From assembly GCA_000004695.1 (NCBI GenBank), contig CM000151.3:7072001-7136000 (forward strand): DNA of 64,000 bases. Direction: 5' to 3'. A model generated the notes under the pieces. It had not been told where the DNA came from, made no database searches, and saw only the letters and a program-made list of their open reading frames with translations. Source of the DNA: Dictyostelium discoideum. Lineage: Eukaryota. The translations under genes and the position numbers were made by a program. Every line of letters begins with the position of its first letter. Position 1 is the stretch's first letter. Shown piece after piece: positions 40,972 through 55,459 of this stretch.

Positions 40972-43300
40972 TTAATAATAATAATATTAATAATAATAAA
41001 AACAATGATTCTGATGATGATTTATTTCAAAATAGTAGCTCAAATTTTGAAAATAAAAAAAACAGAAGAAGAGAGAGAATTAATAATAATAATAATAATA
41101 ATGAAAGTACTTCCACCACATCAACCACAACCAGCACACTTCCAGTTACAGGAGCAGCAACAGCAACAAAATCAGCGGCAACAACAGGAGCGGTTACACC
41201 AGTTATTCAATCATTACAACAGTTTCAAATTAATAATGATGTTAGCCATTCACCATCCTACCACTTTCAAGATCCACTAAAAATTAGTAAACCAAAGAAA
41301 ACCACCACCACTACTACCACCACCACTACAACCTCCTCTAGCTCAGTTAATTCTTCATCCAACCCTTTAATTTTAACAGCCAATGAGAGAAAATCAAAAA
41401 AAGATCAAAAACCTCAACCTCAACAACAGGTTGCCTCTACAAGTTCAGATGCCTCTGCTTTTAAAATTTTAAAAAGAAATGATGATCCAATTGGTAAGTT
41501 AAATAGAATCAAGTATCATAATACTTTAACCATTAATACTAATCGATTATATTATATAGATCCAGACCAATTAAATAAACTTTTCAAACATGGAAACCAA
41601 TCTTCATCACCAACAATCAACCCAATTTTAAAGCAACAACAACAAACAAATACTAAATCAAATAATGATATTTCAAATACAGGTAATATTAACTATAATA
41701 ACAATGGAAGAAGAGAAAGACAATCAAGAAATAAACCACAAAATAGATTGAATTCAGTAAATAGTAATATTAATAACAACAACAACAATAATAATATTAA
41801 TAATAATATTAATAATAACAATAACAATAACAATAACAATAACAATAACAATAACAATAACAATAACAATAATAATAATAATAATAATAATGATGATGAT
41901 GATGATGGATTATCAAATCAAAACAATGGTATTGATAAAAATGAAAAACTAAAGCAATTTGGTAGAGTTTTTGGAGAATCACCAATTCATTATGATTTAG
42001 ATACGGTTACATTTTTACCATCAAATATATTTCAAAAGGGTGAAGTTGTATTGGTACCAAGATCAAGAGGTGGTTTCACTTATGCAAAAATCTATGAAGC
42101 ATCAGATTCAAATATTTGTCATAATGATCCAACAGTTCATCATCATGTTGTTCAATACCGTGCGGTTTATCCATCAAATGGTAAAAGGGATAATCTTTAC
42201 AAGGATTTATCAGCAATTTACTTGGGTAAATTAATACCAATGGAAAGATTACCACCAAATGTCAAAAAGTATACATTAACCCCTCCAAATGAGAGCTTTT
42301 CAATCATTGGTCAAAAAGCATCGGTAAGAGATTTACAGGGTATTTTATTCTCACCATTTTCAAAGTTTCATATGAATCAAATCGTATTGGTACCAAGAAG
42401 TAAAGGTGGTTTCACTTATGGTTGTATCGTTAAGGAGTGTAGAGTAACTTGTAAAGTCAATGATGTTAAACATGATGTACAAGGTCATCGTGTAGTCGTT
42501 GAGAAGAGTAAAGATCATACCGTTATCAAGGATTTAGCAATTGGTAATCTCGGTAAAATATTTACATCTGTTGAAAATAATCAATCATCACTTAATCCAT
42601 TGAATGGTTTAAATTTAAATAGTAATAATAATAATAGCAATAACAATAGCAATAATAATAATAACAATAATAATAATAATAATACAAATTTAGTTACAAC
42701 AAATTTAAATAATAATAATAATTTTAAAATTAGACATTCAATTAGTAATGATAGATCATCACGTGGTGGCAACAATAATTTACGTAGTGGTGGTGGTGGT
42801 AGCAACAATAGGGATCATAAAAAGCAATCAAAGGAAAAGAGAAAGCAAAATCAATATGATCAATTAGCTGCTGCAATGCTACAAGAAATTGTCGAAAGTA
42901 ATCCAAAAAATATTAATAATAATAATGAGGAAGAGGATGAGGAGGATGAAGAGAATGAGGATGATAATATTCAAGTTAATGAAGAGGAAGATGGTGAATC
43001 ATCTGAGGTGGATGGGCCATTATCATCTGAAAATGAAGAAGAACAAGAAGTTGATGGAGATGATGAAGATGATGGAGATGATGAAGAAGATGATAATGAT
43101 GATGAAGAAAATGATGAGGATAGTGAGAAAGAGTATGAGGTTCAGGATAATCAAGAAAATCATTCAAATGAAATTGAACAAGATTCTGATGATAATGATG
43201 ATGAAGATGATGATGAAGAAGAAGAGGAAATCTTATGGACAGGTCAAAAATTAAATACTCCAGCAGTTTCTTCTGTACCAGTAATTACTTCTCAACCATC

Positions 43301-43390
<90 letters not shown>

Positions 43391-43539
43391 GCAACTTCAA
43401 GCTAAACCCCCTGTTACTCAACAAACATATCAACAACAAAATCGTCAAACAATCCCACCTCAACAACAGGTTTCCCAAACTTTAGCTCAACAACCAAAAC
43501 CACAATCACAACCACAACCACAGCCACAAATATTACAGC

Positions 43540-43574
<35 letters not shown>

Positions 43575-44132
43575 CCAAAAGTTAAAGCAGGAATATTTCA
43601 AATGCCAGTTGATGCAGAAGTATTTACAGGTAAAAAAAAGAAATCATCAAAATCAACATTAATTATTATTGATGGACCAAATGTAGCAAAAAGAAATAAA
43701 TCTAAATCATTTTCAGTTTCATCATTAAAGAAATCATTAGATTATTATATTCTCAGAGGTTATGATGTAGTTGCATTCGTTCCAGAATCATTTGCATCTA
43801 GAAAACCACATAATGATCCAAAAAAGACATTTACTATGTTTGATTACAATGATTTGGCAGATGATTTAGTTGGACTTCAAAAATTGACAGATTCAGGTTA
43901 TGTTTGTTTAACACCAGCTCAAGATTATGACGATAGCTATACCATTCATTATGCTAAAAAGAATGGTGCTTGTATCGTCACCAATGATCGTTACAATGAT
44001 CACATTGAAAAGCAACCAAATGAAATTGAAAAAGCCAAAACTAGAAAATTCATTAGAGATCATTGTATTTCCTTTGCTTTTGTTCGTAATGAATTCCTTC
44101 CAAATCCAGATTTCAAATTTCCAACAACATAA
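40533..44132 (+). CDS. Regnase/ZC3H12-like NYN (PIN-like) ribonuclease-domain protein, 1,199 aa, with a long acidic/S/N/Q-rich N-terminus and two copies of a ~65-aa VLVPRS(R/K)GGFTY module
   Basis: The C-terminal 160 aa read LIIIDGPNVAKRN...YDVVAFVPESF...YDDSYTIHYAKKNGACIVTNDRYNDHIEKQ...ISFAFVRNEFLPNPDF. This matches the Regnase-1 NYN catalytic core IDGSNVA...VFVP...YDD.F...A...GIVVSND.YRD...YSFV.D.FMPPDDP, including the Asp residues. No CCCH finger is seen after it. Confidence 0.7.
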
Positions 44133-44544
44133 ATTTAGAAAATCAATTGAACTTTGATCATTTTTATCTCCACTTTCTCTCAATCAGTCTATTTTTTTTT
44201 TTTCTTCAACTTGTTTGGAAAATGAATGATTTTTTTTTAAAAGTAAAATTTCCCAACTAGCAAAATTTCCTCTTCTCAAAAAAAAAAAAAAAAAAAAAAA
44301 AAAAACAAAAACAAAACAAAAAAACAAAAAAACAAAAAAAAAAGAAAAAAAAAAAAACCAAAACTATTCTATGGCTTACTTTTTATATACAAAAATAAAT
44401 AAATAAATAATCTTGATATATTTTTAAAAATTTTAATATTTTATTTACATGTTCCTAAGTGTACAGGCATTATTTTACAAATGCGAAATTGTTAACTATT
44501 TTAATTTTTTTTTTTTTTTTTTTTTTGGATAAATATTCATTTGT

Positions 44545-45037
44545 TTAAGAAATGATTAAAGGGATTGAAATTGAAATTGGTTTTCTACTAATTGAGTCTT
44601 TGTATTTAAGCTCCAACTCTGCTTGTGTGCTTGAAAGAGGAGTGGATGTTGGCTCATAGTATATATAGAAAAGTTGGTGTTCTTGAGGACTTAATGGAAT
44701 TGTACCTGGTTTACTAGTTTCACATATATTTTGGTCTCCTCTAAGATATGGAATTTTGAAACTTCCACAATCTCCTTTAATCTGTAATTCTAAATCTACC
44801 AAATCTAATCCATTATTTGTAATTGTAATATTTGCTTTATTATTATTCTATTTTATAGAAAAAAAAAAAAAAAATTAATATTAAAAAAAAAGAAAAAAAA
44901 AAAACAAAAAAAAAAAAAAAAAAAGATAATAATTATTTTTTTTTTTATTTATTTTTTTTTATTTTATTTATTTTTTATTTACATACTTGGCTGAAATTTA
45001 ATTTGGTTGGTTCAGCTTGAATTAAAGAATTTTCCAT
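44545..45037 (-). CDS. small hypothetical protein, 117 aa. Exon 1 at 45037–44987 (MENSLIQAEPTKLNFSQ|GTATGT), exon 2 at 44847–44545. A weak resemblance to an MSP/PapD-like beta-sandwich is noted.
   Basis: The ORF-track exon extends upstream in frame to a tatag acceptor. The 17-codon first exon ends at a GTATGT donor, so the phase is 0 and the total is 354 nt. A CACACCCACACCC element lies immediately 5' of the ATG on the gene strand. Confidence 0.5.
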
Positions 45038-45484
45038 TTTGTTTTGATAATTATTAGTAATTGAGGGTGTGGGTGTGTTAAAAAATAAAAAAATAATGAG
45101 GAAAAAGTGTTTATATAAAAATCAATTTAAAAAAAATAAAAATAAAAACAAAAACAAAAATAAAAAAAAAAATAAAAAAAAAAAAATAAAAAATAAAAAA
45201 AAAAAATAAAATTAAAATAAAATTTGTTTTTTATTAATTTTAAAAAAAAAAAAATTATAAAAATGGATTTTGAAATTTACTGTCAATTTATTTTCAAATT
45301 GAGCCATGAATAGAAAAAAAAAAAAAAAAAAAAAAAAATAAAAAAAAAAAAAATAAAAAAAAATTTTAGAAAATTGGTTTTTTTAGTAAACTTGAATATT
45401 TTTTTTTTTTTCTTATGAGTTTTTAAGATAATGTAAAAAAAAAAAAAAAGAAATTATTATTCAAGTTTATTAAAAAATGAATTT

Positions 45485-45519
<35 letters not shown>

Positions 45520-45655
45520 CAAACCCATGGGTTTATAAATTTCGATGATATCTCAAAACAATTTCAATTTTTTATTTATTTTTTTTTATTTTTTATTTTT
45601 TTTTTTTCTTTTTTTTTTCTGTATTTTTTACAAATCTAATTTTTGATCTTTTTCC

Positions 45656-45690
<35 letters not shown>

Positions 45691-45770
45691 CAAAATTATT
45701 TTTTTTTTTTTTTTTTTTTTTTTTATTTTTACAAAAATTTTAAATACACAAAAATTTTAAATAAACAAAA

Positions 45771-46096
45771 ATGTCATTCAGAGGAAGACCAAGTGTAGCT
45801 TCAAGAAGATTTGGTAGAGGTGGCTTCAGCAGACATGGTGTCGCACCAAACCAACAAAAAGATAATGATCAATCATTGGAAAGCATAAATGCTAGTATGG
45901 ATTCAATTAATAATATCAATGATATTAGAGGAATAATTATAAATTCAAAATTAAATATACCACTTTCCAAATTAATTTTAAAATCATCATTCAAAGATGA
46001 ATTTATTGTTTTATTTTTAGTTTTATTAAACACTGTTGGTAAGTTTTTTTTTTTTTATTTTTTATTTTTATTTTTTTTTCATTATTTAAATTAACT

Positions 46097-46135
<39 letters not shown>

Positions 46136-48184
46136 ACAAAAAAAGATTTACATTCAAATGCAAAGATTAATTTTTTAGTATCAACATTTGATCTTAAATT
46201 ATATGATTTATCAAAATCATTATTAGAGACAAATAAATATACATTTATAGAGATTTCAAAATGTTTAAAGATTATGGACTCAAAAAGAATGATTAAAATC
46301 TTAAATAAAAGATTAGAAGAAATTAAAAGTAATCATGAAAGAAAATTAAAAGAGAAAAAGTTAGCAATAGAGAAAAGTTTAGAACAATTGTCAGTGGATG
46401 ATAATGAAATTCAAATGAAGAAAGAAGAGAAAAAACAACAAGAACATAAGAGATATTTAGAGAAAGTTGAGAAAAGAAAGAAAAGAATTGAAGAGTTTAG
46501 TAAAAAAGTTGACCAAACAAAATCAAAAAAACAATATGCTTTAAAAAAAGTTTTAATTAAAATGAAAGAACAAAAGAAAGTAGAGAAAGTCGTAAAGGGT
46601 GATAAGGAGGTGGTTTATAAGAATCGTTATGAAAATGCAGTTAAATCTGTGGAGAATAAAATTAGAGAATTGGTATCCTACCAATACGAATCTGGATTAT
46701 CTGGTAATGTTATAGCCATTTTCAAAAAGTTTTTTAAACAAGTACCACGTTCAACATTGGAATACTTTGCCTATGGCCAACCAAAGGCTACTTGGCGTGA
46801 AATTGCCAGACTGTTACATTTGGGTCCAAAAGATCTTTGTGATGAAATTCCATGGTTCCTTAGTGTTATGTTTGGTGGAAGTGCTCCAGTTGGTACACGT
46901 GTTTATGAATTTGAAAAGGAATTAAAAGATCCATCAAAATTCACTAAAGAAAGAGCCATTGAATTGATTAACCAATTCAAACCAACCTATGCATTCCTTA
47001 GAAAGAATTTACCAGAATCATTATTCGATGGCGAAATGAAAGCAATGGTTGCAGAGTATGAAGAAATCGATGCATTAATTTGGTGGTTAAATGAATTAGG
47101 AAAGGAGGAAAAGGTCATTGAAATTATCATTAAACGTATTACCAGTGGTAAAGAGTCTTTGAAAAATGTTAGCATTGGTACACTATTAGAGAGATCAATG
47201 GGTCTAAGTCAAGATTCGCCATTGTTCAATTGTTTATTCCCAGAGATTTTAAAGAAAATGACTGAACAAAGAGAGAAATTCGTTTTACCACCACCAATTT
47301 CCATTTTTGGTGATAAATCTGGTTCAATGGATGTTGCAATTCGTTTAAGTAATATCATTAGTTTCATTATTTCATCTTTGACACCAGGTGCCGAGTTATC
47401 ATTTTTCGATTGTAAAAATGTTCCATCGCCAATTCCAGTGGATTCTTTAGAGAATCTTTTCAAATTAAAAGACTTGGTCAAAGCATCGGGTGGTACAGAT
47501 CCAGGTGTGTCAATGTATAAACTTTTATCTGAAAAAGTTGTTAAAAACTATATTGTCGTGGTTACCGATGAAGAGGAAAATGGATATAAACATGGTAGAT
47601 TTAGCGAGTTGTTCATTCAATATCGTAAAGAGGTTGCACCAAATTGTAAATTAGTTTTCATTTCATTCATTCCTCAATACTCTGAAGGTCAAATGGTCGG
47701 TGAGTTACGTAGAAAAGGTTTCGATTCTTCAACTTTAATTCAAATTCCTTTCGATGCAACAAATCCTGATGTTTCAAAAATCGATGGTATGCTTTCAAGT
47801 TTATCTTGTGAATCTGAACAATTCAAAGATCAATTGGACCTCCTTGTTACTATTCTTTCAACAGTTGGTTATAAAAATGGTTTTAAATTCATTAATGATA
47901 GAGCACCTCTCTTAATGAGATTCGATTTAAATATTCAATTAGGTATTGAAAATGTTTTATCTATTATTAAAACTAATCCAACTTTAGATAACTATCAATA
48001 TTTAATGGTTAAAAATAATTTAAATCGTTTACTTAAAATCTCTAAAGATAATAATGATTTGGTTTCTCTTGAAACTTTTAATAATATTCATAAAGAATTT
48101 TCAAAATTATCAAAAGATGATGGTATTCAATATCTTTTAAAATCTTTATCAAATTTGCAACCAATTTCTGTTAAAGATAATTAA
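45771..48184 (+). CDS. von Willebrand factor A (MIDAS-containing) domain protein with an RGG-like N-terminus and a coiled-coil region, about 769 aa. It has 2 exons at 45771–46038 and 46146–48184.
   Basis: Exon 1 ends ...AACACTGTTG|GTAAGT in phase 1. The aaaaag acceptor restores the frame into the 636-aa ORF. The segment VLPPPISIFGDKSGSMDVAIRLSNIISFI contains the DxSGS MIDAS motif, and a downstream TD/E segment follows. Confidence 0.65.
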
Positions 48185-48523
48185 AAATTAAAAATAAAAA
48201 ATAAAAAAAATAAACAAATTTGTATTATTAATTTTTCTATACATTTTTTTTTTATTTTTATTTTTATTTTTTTTTTATTAAAAAATTTTTAATTAAATTT
48301 AAAATATATACAAATAATTAAAATGATATAAAATAATTTGTTTTTTTATTTTTTTCCGATTAAAAATTTCATCATTCTCATTTAATTCCCACATTCATGT
48401 GAAAATATTTTTCTTTTTTTTTTTTTATCTTTTTATCATTTTTTTTTTTTTTTTTTTTTTTTTTATATTTTATTTTTAATCAACAAGTAAAAATTACATA
48501 TCAAAGTAATAAAAATAAAAAAA

Positions 48524-49231
48524 ATGTCACAAAATTATACCTATTCAAAATTAAAGAAACCAAGTTATGTATCAGGTTCCAGTAATAAATCATCTTCACA
48601 TACAACATCGTCATCACCTTATAAAAAAAAAGAAATTGAACCAAAAGAAAACTATGAACCAATAACACCTGAAGGAGTTTATTTATATGATAAAGATTAC
48701 ACACATTTTGTAGTTCATTGTAGTAAATCATCATATAATGAATATATTGGTAGATATAATCCAAAATTTCCATCAACAAATAATTATAAATTTGGTAATC
48801 CATTTGTTGTAGGAAAAGATGGTGATCGTAATACAGTAGTTAAAAAATATAGAGATTGGATATTTTCACCAGAACAAAATGATTTATTTAATGCTGCAAA
48901 GGAATTGAAAGGTAAAATACTTGCTTGTTGGTGTTCACCTTTAAATTGCCATGGTTTTGTTTTATCTGAAATTGCCAATTCATCAATTACAAATAAACCA
49001 GAGCAAATATTACAACAATCTGAGGTAATATCTCAACAACCACAACAATCCCAACAACCACAACAAACACAACAAACACAACAAACACAACAAACACAAC
49101 CACAGCAACCACCACAACCAGTACAATCCCAACCAAAAATTCAAACAAGATCCTCTACAATGTCAACGTCAGATTTAAAAAAACCTTTGTTTGATGATAA
49201 GGATTTTCCACCTTTGGGAGGTAAAAAATAA
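48524..49231 (+). CDS. DUF4326-like domain protein, 235 aa, with an S-rich N-terminus and a Q/P-rich C-terminus
   Basis: The core YNPKFPSTNNYKFGNPFVVGKDGDRNTVVKKYRDWIFSPEQNDLFNAAKELKGKILACWCSPLNCHGFVLSEI matches my memory of the DUF4326 signature (GNPF...R...Y..W...L.GK.L.CWC.P..CHG). Confidence 0.5.
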   Translation: MSQNYTYSKLKKPSYVSGSSNKSSSHTTSSSPYKKKEIEPKENYEPITPEGVYLYDKDYTHFVVHCSKSSYNEYIGRYNPKFPSTNNYKFGNPFVVGKDGDRNTVVKKYRDWIFSPEQNDLFNAAKELKGKILACWCSPLNCHGFVLSEIANSSITNKPEQILQQSEVISQQPQQSQQPQQTQQTQQTQQTQPQQPPQPVQSQPKIQTRSSTMSTSDLKKPLFDDKDFPPLGGKK

Positions 49232-49314
49232 ATAAAATTAATTAATTAATCATTCAATAATAAAATTTAAAAAAAGTTTTTAATGTGTGTTTTTGGTATA
49301 AATTTAGTATAACG

Positions 49315-49357
49315 AAAATGAGGTTTTTTATATATAAAATTAAAAAAACCTCATTTT
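49315..49357 (+). terminator. perfect 15-bp inverted repeat (aaaatgaggtttttt – 13-nt loop – aaaaaacctcatttt) about 85 nt downstream of the stop at 49231
   Basis: Exact reverse-complement arms are read directly from the sequence. It is a candidate 3'-end hairpin, or part of the adjacent retroelement's 3' flank. Confidence 0.4.
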
Positions 49358-49479
49358 TAATTTAAACATCTAAATATGTGTCAAATAATCGTTTGTTAAA
49401 TTAATTAATTACGACACCCATTTTGTTGGGTATAAATATTTTATAGGATTTTTTTTTTTTTAATAACATCACTCAATTT

Positions 49480-49500
49480 GAGTGTGTTCTAGGAGAGTTT

Positions 49501-49544
<44 letters not shown>

Positions 49545-50690
49545 CTTGTTATTCTTATTTTTTTTATTATTATTATTATTATTATATTATTATTATTATT
49601 ATATTATTATTATTATATTATTATTATTATATTATTATTATTATTATATTATTATTATTATTATTATTGTTATAATTTTTTTTTTTTTTTTTTTTTTTTT
49701 TTATGAGTAGTTGGTGTTATATGAGCAGTATGGTATGAAGTGTTCCGGGATGTTTATGGTCATGAGTTTCGAGTTCCAGTTGTGGCTGAATTTTTCGAGT
49801 CTTCTTTTTATTGATGCGGTCCGATTGATTGACTCTCGGTTATCAGTGCATCTTAGTTCTTGACGTAGTTGTTTTTCTACTATCTTTCTTGTTCTATCCC
49901 ATTCGGCATCTCTCGCTTTTTTGATTTTATGAATTATTTGGTTCTCTGTTATTATTGTAGTGTTATCGTTGAATTTTATTTGATTTCTTCTGTACCATAT
50001 CGATTCCATAATGGCTCCTATCAGATTTGATGAGAATGGTGTGAGTAGTTTTCCGAGAACTTTTTCGCTCCATGGACCGTGGTAAGTGTTGTTGGAGTCT
50101 TTACAGACCTTTTGATAGATTGAGTCGATATTCTGTTTTATTGATTTGCATTCGAAGAAGATGTGCATAGACGATTCTTCTTCTTTACATGAGTGGCAAT
50201 TCTCCCCATGGTGTTTTGAAAGTGCCTTGAGTAGATATCTCCATGCTAAGTCTCTTCCTTTGATAGTTGTGATTGATCTGGCTTCTCTAAATGGTAGAAT
50301 TGGGTGATTAATGTTCTTTTGAATCAGTTTTTGACCTGTTGTTGGCTGGTGTTTGTTCCATCCCTTGTATTTGATATCCATCATGTTTCTATAGATTACT
50401 TTTAATTTTTGTTTGTTTTCGTATTTGGGTTTGACTTGGTTTAGTTTGAGAGTTATTCGCTCTCTTGGGTGGTGCAACAACTTCCAGGCTTTCCAGCATT
50501 TGATGTGAATCCTTGATAGTGAGTTTTCTTTTTCCGACTTCCAGACTTCCATATGTGGAGGGCAGTTCTGGTCGTCTTTTTCTCTGAGGTATTGTTCGTA
50601 TATCCATGCTTTCTGGGCATTGGATCTGGTTGCCATATTCCAGAGTTCCAGTATTTTATAGGAATTCGAATACGACGTTCTTTATAAAAA
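49480..50690 (-). mobile_element. 5'-truncated tRNA-gene-targeted non-LTR retrotransposon (TRE5/DRE-type): ORF2 C-terminal fragment plus 3' A-rich tail
   Basis: There is an abrupt GC-richer island (about 40% GC) at 49700–50690. The 311-aa minus-strand ORF ends in a Cys/His-rich tail (HSCKEEESSMHIFFECKSIKQNIDSIYQKVCKDSNNTYHGPW), typical of a non-LTR ORF2 C-terminus. On the element strand the stop is followed by oligo(A) and (AAT)n at 49482–49700. The element ends about 48 bp upstream of the tRNA gene at 50699, the characteristic TRE5 integration distance. Confidence 0.6.
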
Positions 50691-50698
50691 TCATCAAA

Positions 50699-50771
50699 GG
50701 GGATGTAGCTCAGATGGTAGAGCGCTCGCTTAGCATGCGAGAGGTAAAGGGATCGATACCCTTCTTCTCCA
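50699..50771 (+). tRNA. tRNA-Ala (anticodon AGC), 73 nt
   Basis: Cloverleaf read by hand: acceptor GGGGATG/CTTCTCC with the G3:U70 Ala identity pair. D-arm GCTC-AGATGGTA-GAGC (A box TAGCTCAGATGG). Anticodon stem CTCGC/GCGAG with loop TTAGCAT. T-arm AAGGG-ATCGATA-CCCTT (B box GGATCGATACC). One T:T mismatch at positions 6:67 and the non-canonical T-loop mean it could be a variant or a pseudogene. Confidence 0.7.
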
Positions 50772-50799
50772 TTAAATTTCTAGAGAAATTAAGATCGCT

Positions 50800-50812
50800 A
50801 GTTCGATTCCAC
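50800..50812 (+). promoter_or_regulatory. external B box (exB) AGTTCGATTCCAC, about 30 nt downstream of the tRNA
   Basis: A second near-consensus B box (GTTCGATTCC) lies outside the tRNA. This is a known feature of Dictyostelium tRNA genes. Confidence 0.6.
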
Positions 50813-51869
50813 TAGGAACTTACACTAAGATATTGAAACTCGGTAAATCACTATATTTGTTATTTAGAATTTATATCCGATTTTTGGGTTGTGTATTTTA
50901 ATGGATAAACGATCAATATTAAAAAAAAAAAAAAAATTTCCTATCCAGAACCCTAGAATAAACAAACATAATGGTTTTAATTTCCAACATCTGGGTTTGG
51001 ATCTGCAATGGACAGTATAGTCACCATCAAGTCTCCTTCGACCAATTTTTTGGGTAGTAACAATTTTATTATTTGATCAATCAACTGGATATTTAAAAAA
51101 AATAATAAAAAAAAAAATTATAATAATAACAGTACTATATTTTAAAATTAAAAGTATCTATTTATTTTAAATGTTTTATAATGTGTTTTATTATTTAAAA
51201 TTTTTTTTTTTATTATTATTGTTTTGCCTTTTATTACTTTCTTTAATTTTTGATTTTTAACCTTGGAAAAAAAAGTGAACAAATTTAATTGGACTAAATT
51301 ATTTGTTACTAAAACTTAAATTACTTTTTTTTTTTTATTATGTAGGACTATTAATTTTGTTTTATTTATTGAAAAAAGTAGCTTTTTCCAAAATTTTTTT
51401 TTTTTTTTTTTAAAAGTCCCAGTGTCATAATTTTTATTTTTTTAAATTTTTTTTTTTTTTTTATTTTTTTTTTTTTTTTTTTGCAAATAGTTATATATCA
51501 TATTACACAAATTGATTTAAAAAAAAAAAAAAAAAAAATTTAAAAAATTAAACACCCCCTATAGTGGTTTTTTTTTTTATTTATTTATTTAATTTTTCAA
51601 TTATTCATATAATTCACTCGATATTGTAACTTTTATTTCATTTTTTCATTTTTTTTTTAAATTTAATTTTTTTTTTTTTTAATAAAATTAATTTTTTATA
51701 TACATTTTAATTTTTTTATTTTTTATTTTTTTATTTTTTTTTTATTCATACCCCTTTATCTAAACGACTCACCCATATACAACAAAATTCATAATAATAA
51801 AAAAAAAAAAAAAAAAAAATAAAATAATAAAAAAAAAAAAAATCAACTTATTAATTGTTATTTTATATT

Positions 51870-54334
<2,465 letters not shown>

Positions 54335-54404
54335 ATAATAAAAAAAAAAAAAAAATTAATGGACATTTAAAATAAAAATATTCAAATACAATCTTTTAAA
54401 AATC

Positions 54405-54708
54405 ATGACTCTCTTTTGTAGGTTTTACTAAATTAAAAAAAAGTTTTTTTTTTTAGAATAATAATTAACAATTTGTATTTTTCTTTATAATTTTAAAATT
54501 AGCATCATTATCATCATTAAGCACTGGTTCTTTGAAATCAAGTGTTTCTTCAATTGAAACTGGTAGTTCAAGTGGTTCATTTGGTTCAAATGAAACATCG
54601 GGATGGGGTCACCATCATTGGAATAGTTGTCATCCATGTCCACCACCACGTCCAATTTGTCGTCCATGTCCACCACCATGTCGTCCAGTACCAAGATGTC
54701 ATCATTAA
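54405..54708 (+). CDS. hssA/2C/7E-family-like small protein, 72 aa. Exon 1 at 54405–54417 (atgactctctttt|gtaggt), exon 2 at 54503–54708. Product: [72 protein letters not shown].
   Basis: A 13-nt first exon ends in phase 1, followed by an intron of about 85 nt. The N-terminus is MTLFSSLSS and the body is S/G-rich with a Cys/Pro/His-rich C-terminus. Family assignment is from memory of hssA/2C/7E proteins. Confidence 0.55.
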
Positions 54709-54988
54709 AGTTTAATTTTAAATAAAATTAATAAATAGACCTTTAAAATGTTTGGAATTTAAATAAATAATTTTTCTTTTTTTAAAAAATATATCCAAAC
54801 ACATTGAATTTGATTTTGGAAAATTTACTACCAATAAAACTAATGATAATAAAATTCTTTTATTAACAAAATTTATTATTAAACAGAAATATAGAATGTA
54901 TTACTGATGCTCAAAAAACTGATGATTTAAAATATGTTAGAGAATGGGTTTATTCCTTTGTGAATCAACGTCCAATACATAATCCAAT

Positions 54989-55026
<38 letters not shown>

Positions 55027-55173
55027 CCTCGTCCTAATTTGGGATGTGCCATTGTGACCACTAAATCCATTTTCAATTTATTTCAACAAAGTTTGCAGGG
55101 TAAATTAAAAAATATAAATTGCATAGGAAGTTTATTTTTAATTAAATTTTTATATTTTTATCAAAAATCTATT

Positions 55174-55459
55174 TTAATATTTATAATGGCATCTTGGTTC
55201 TGGACGGCATGGTGGACATGGACGGCAAATTGGACGTGGTGGTGGACATGGATGACAACTATTCCAATGGTGGTGACCCCATCCAGATGTTTCATTTGAA
55301 CCAAATGAACCACTTGAACTACCAGTTTCAATTGATGAAACACTTGATTTCAAAGAACCAGTGCTTAATGATGATAATGATGCTAATTTTTATAAATTAT
55401 TTATTAATAAATTAAAATTTTTTTTTTTTTTAGGAAAAAAACTTACAAAATAGGGTCAT
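55174..55459 (-). CDS. hssA/2C/7E-family-like small protein, inverted paralog, 73 aa. Exon 1 at 55459–55447 (atgaccctatttt|gtaagt), exon 2 at 55382–55174.
   Basis: On the minus strand the product is [73 protein letters not shown]. It is about 95% identical to the plus-strand copy and the two genes converge. Confidence 0.5.

Noticed and set aside
50606-50815. 69-aa ORF overlapping the tRNA region
   Set aside because: It is the tRNA-Ala gene and exB box read as protein, not a coding sequence.
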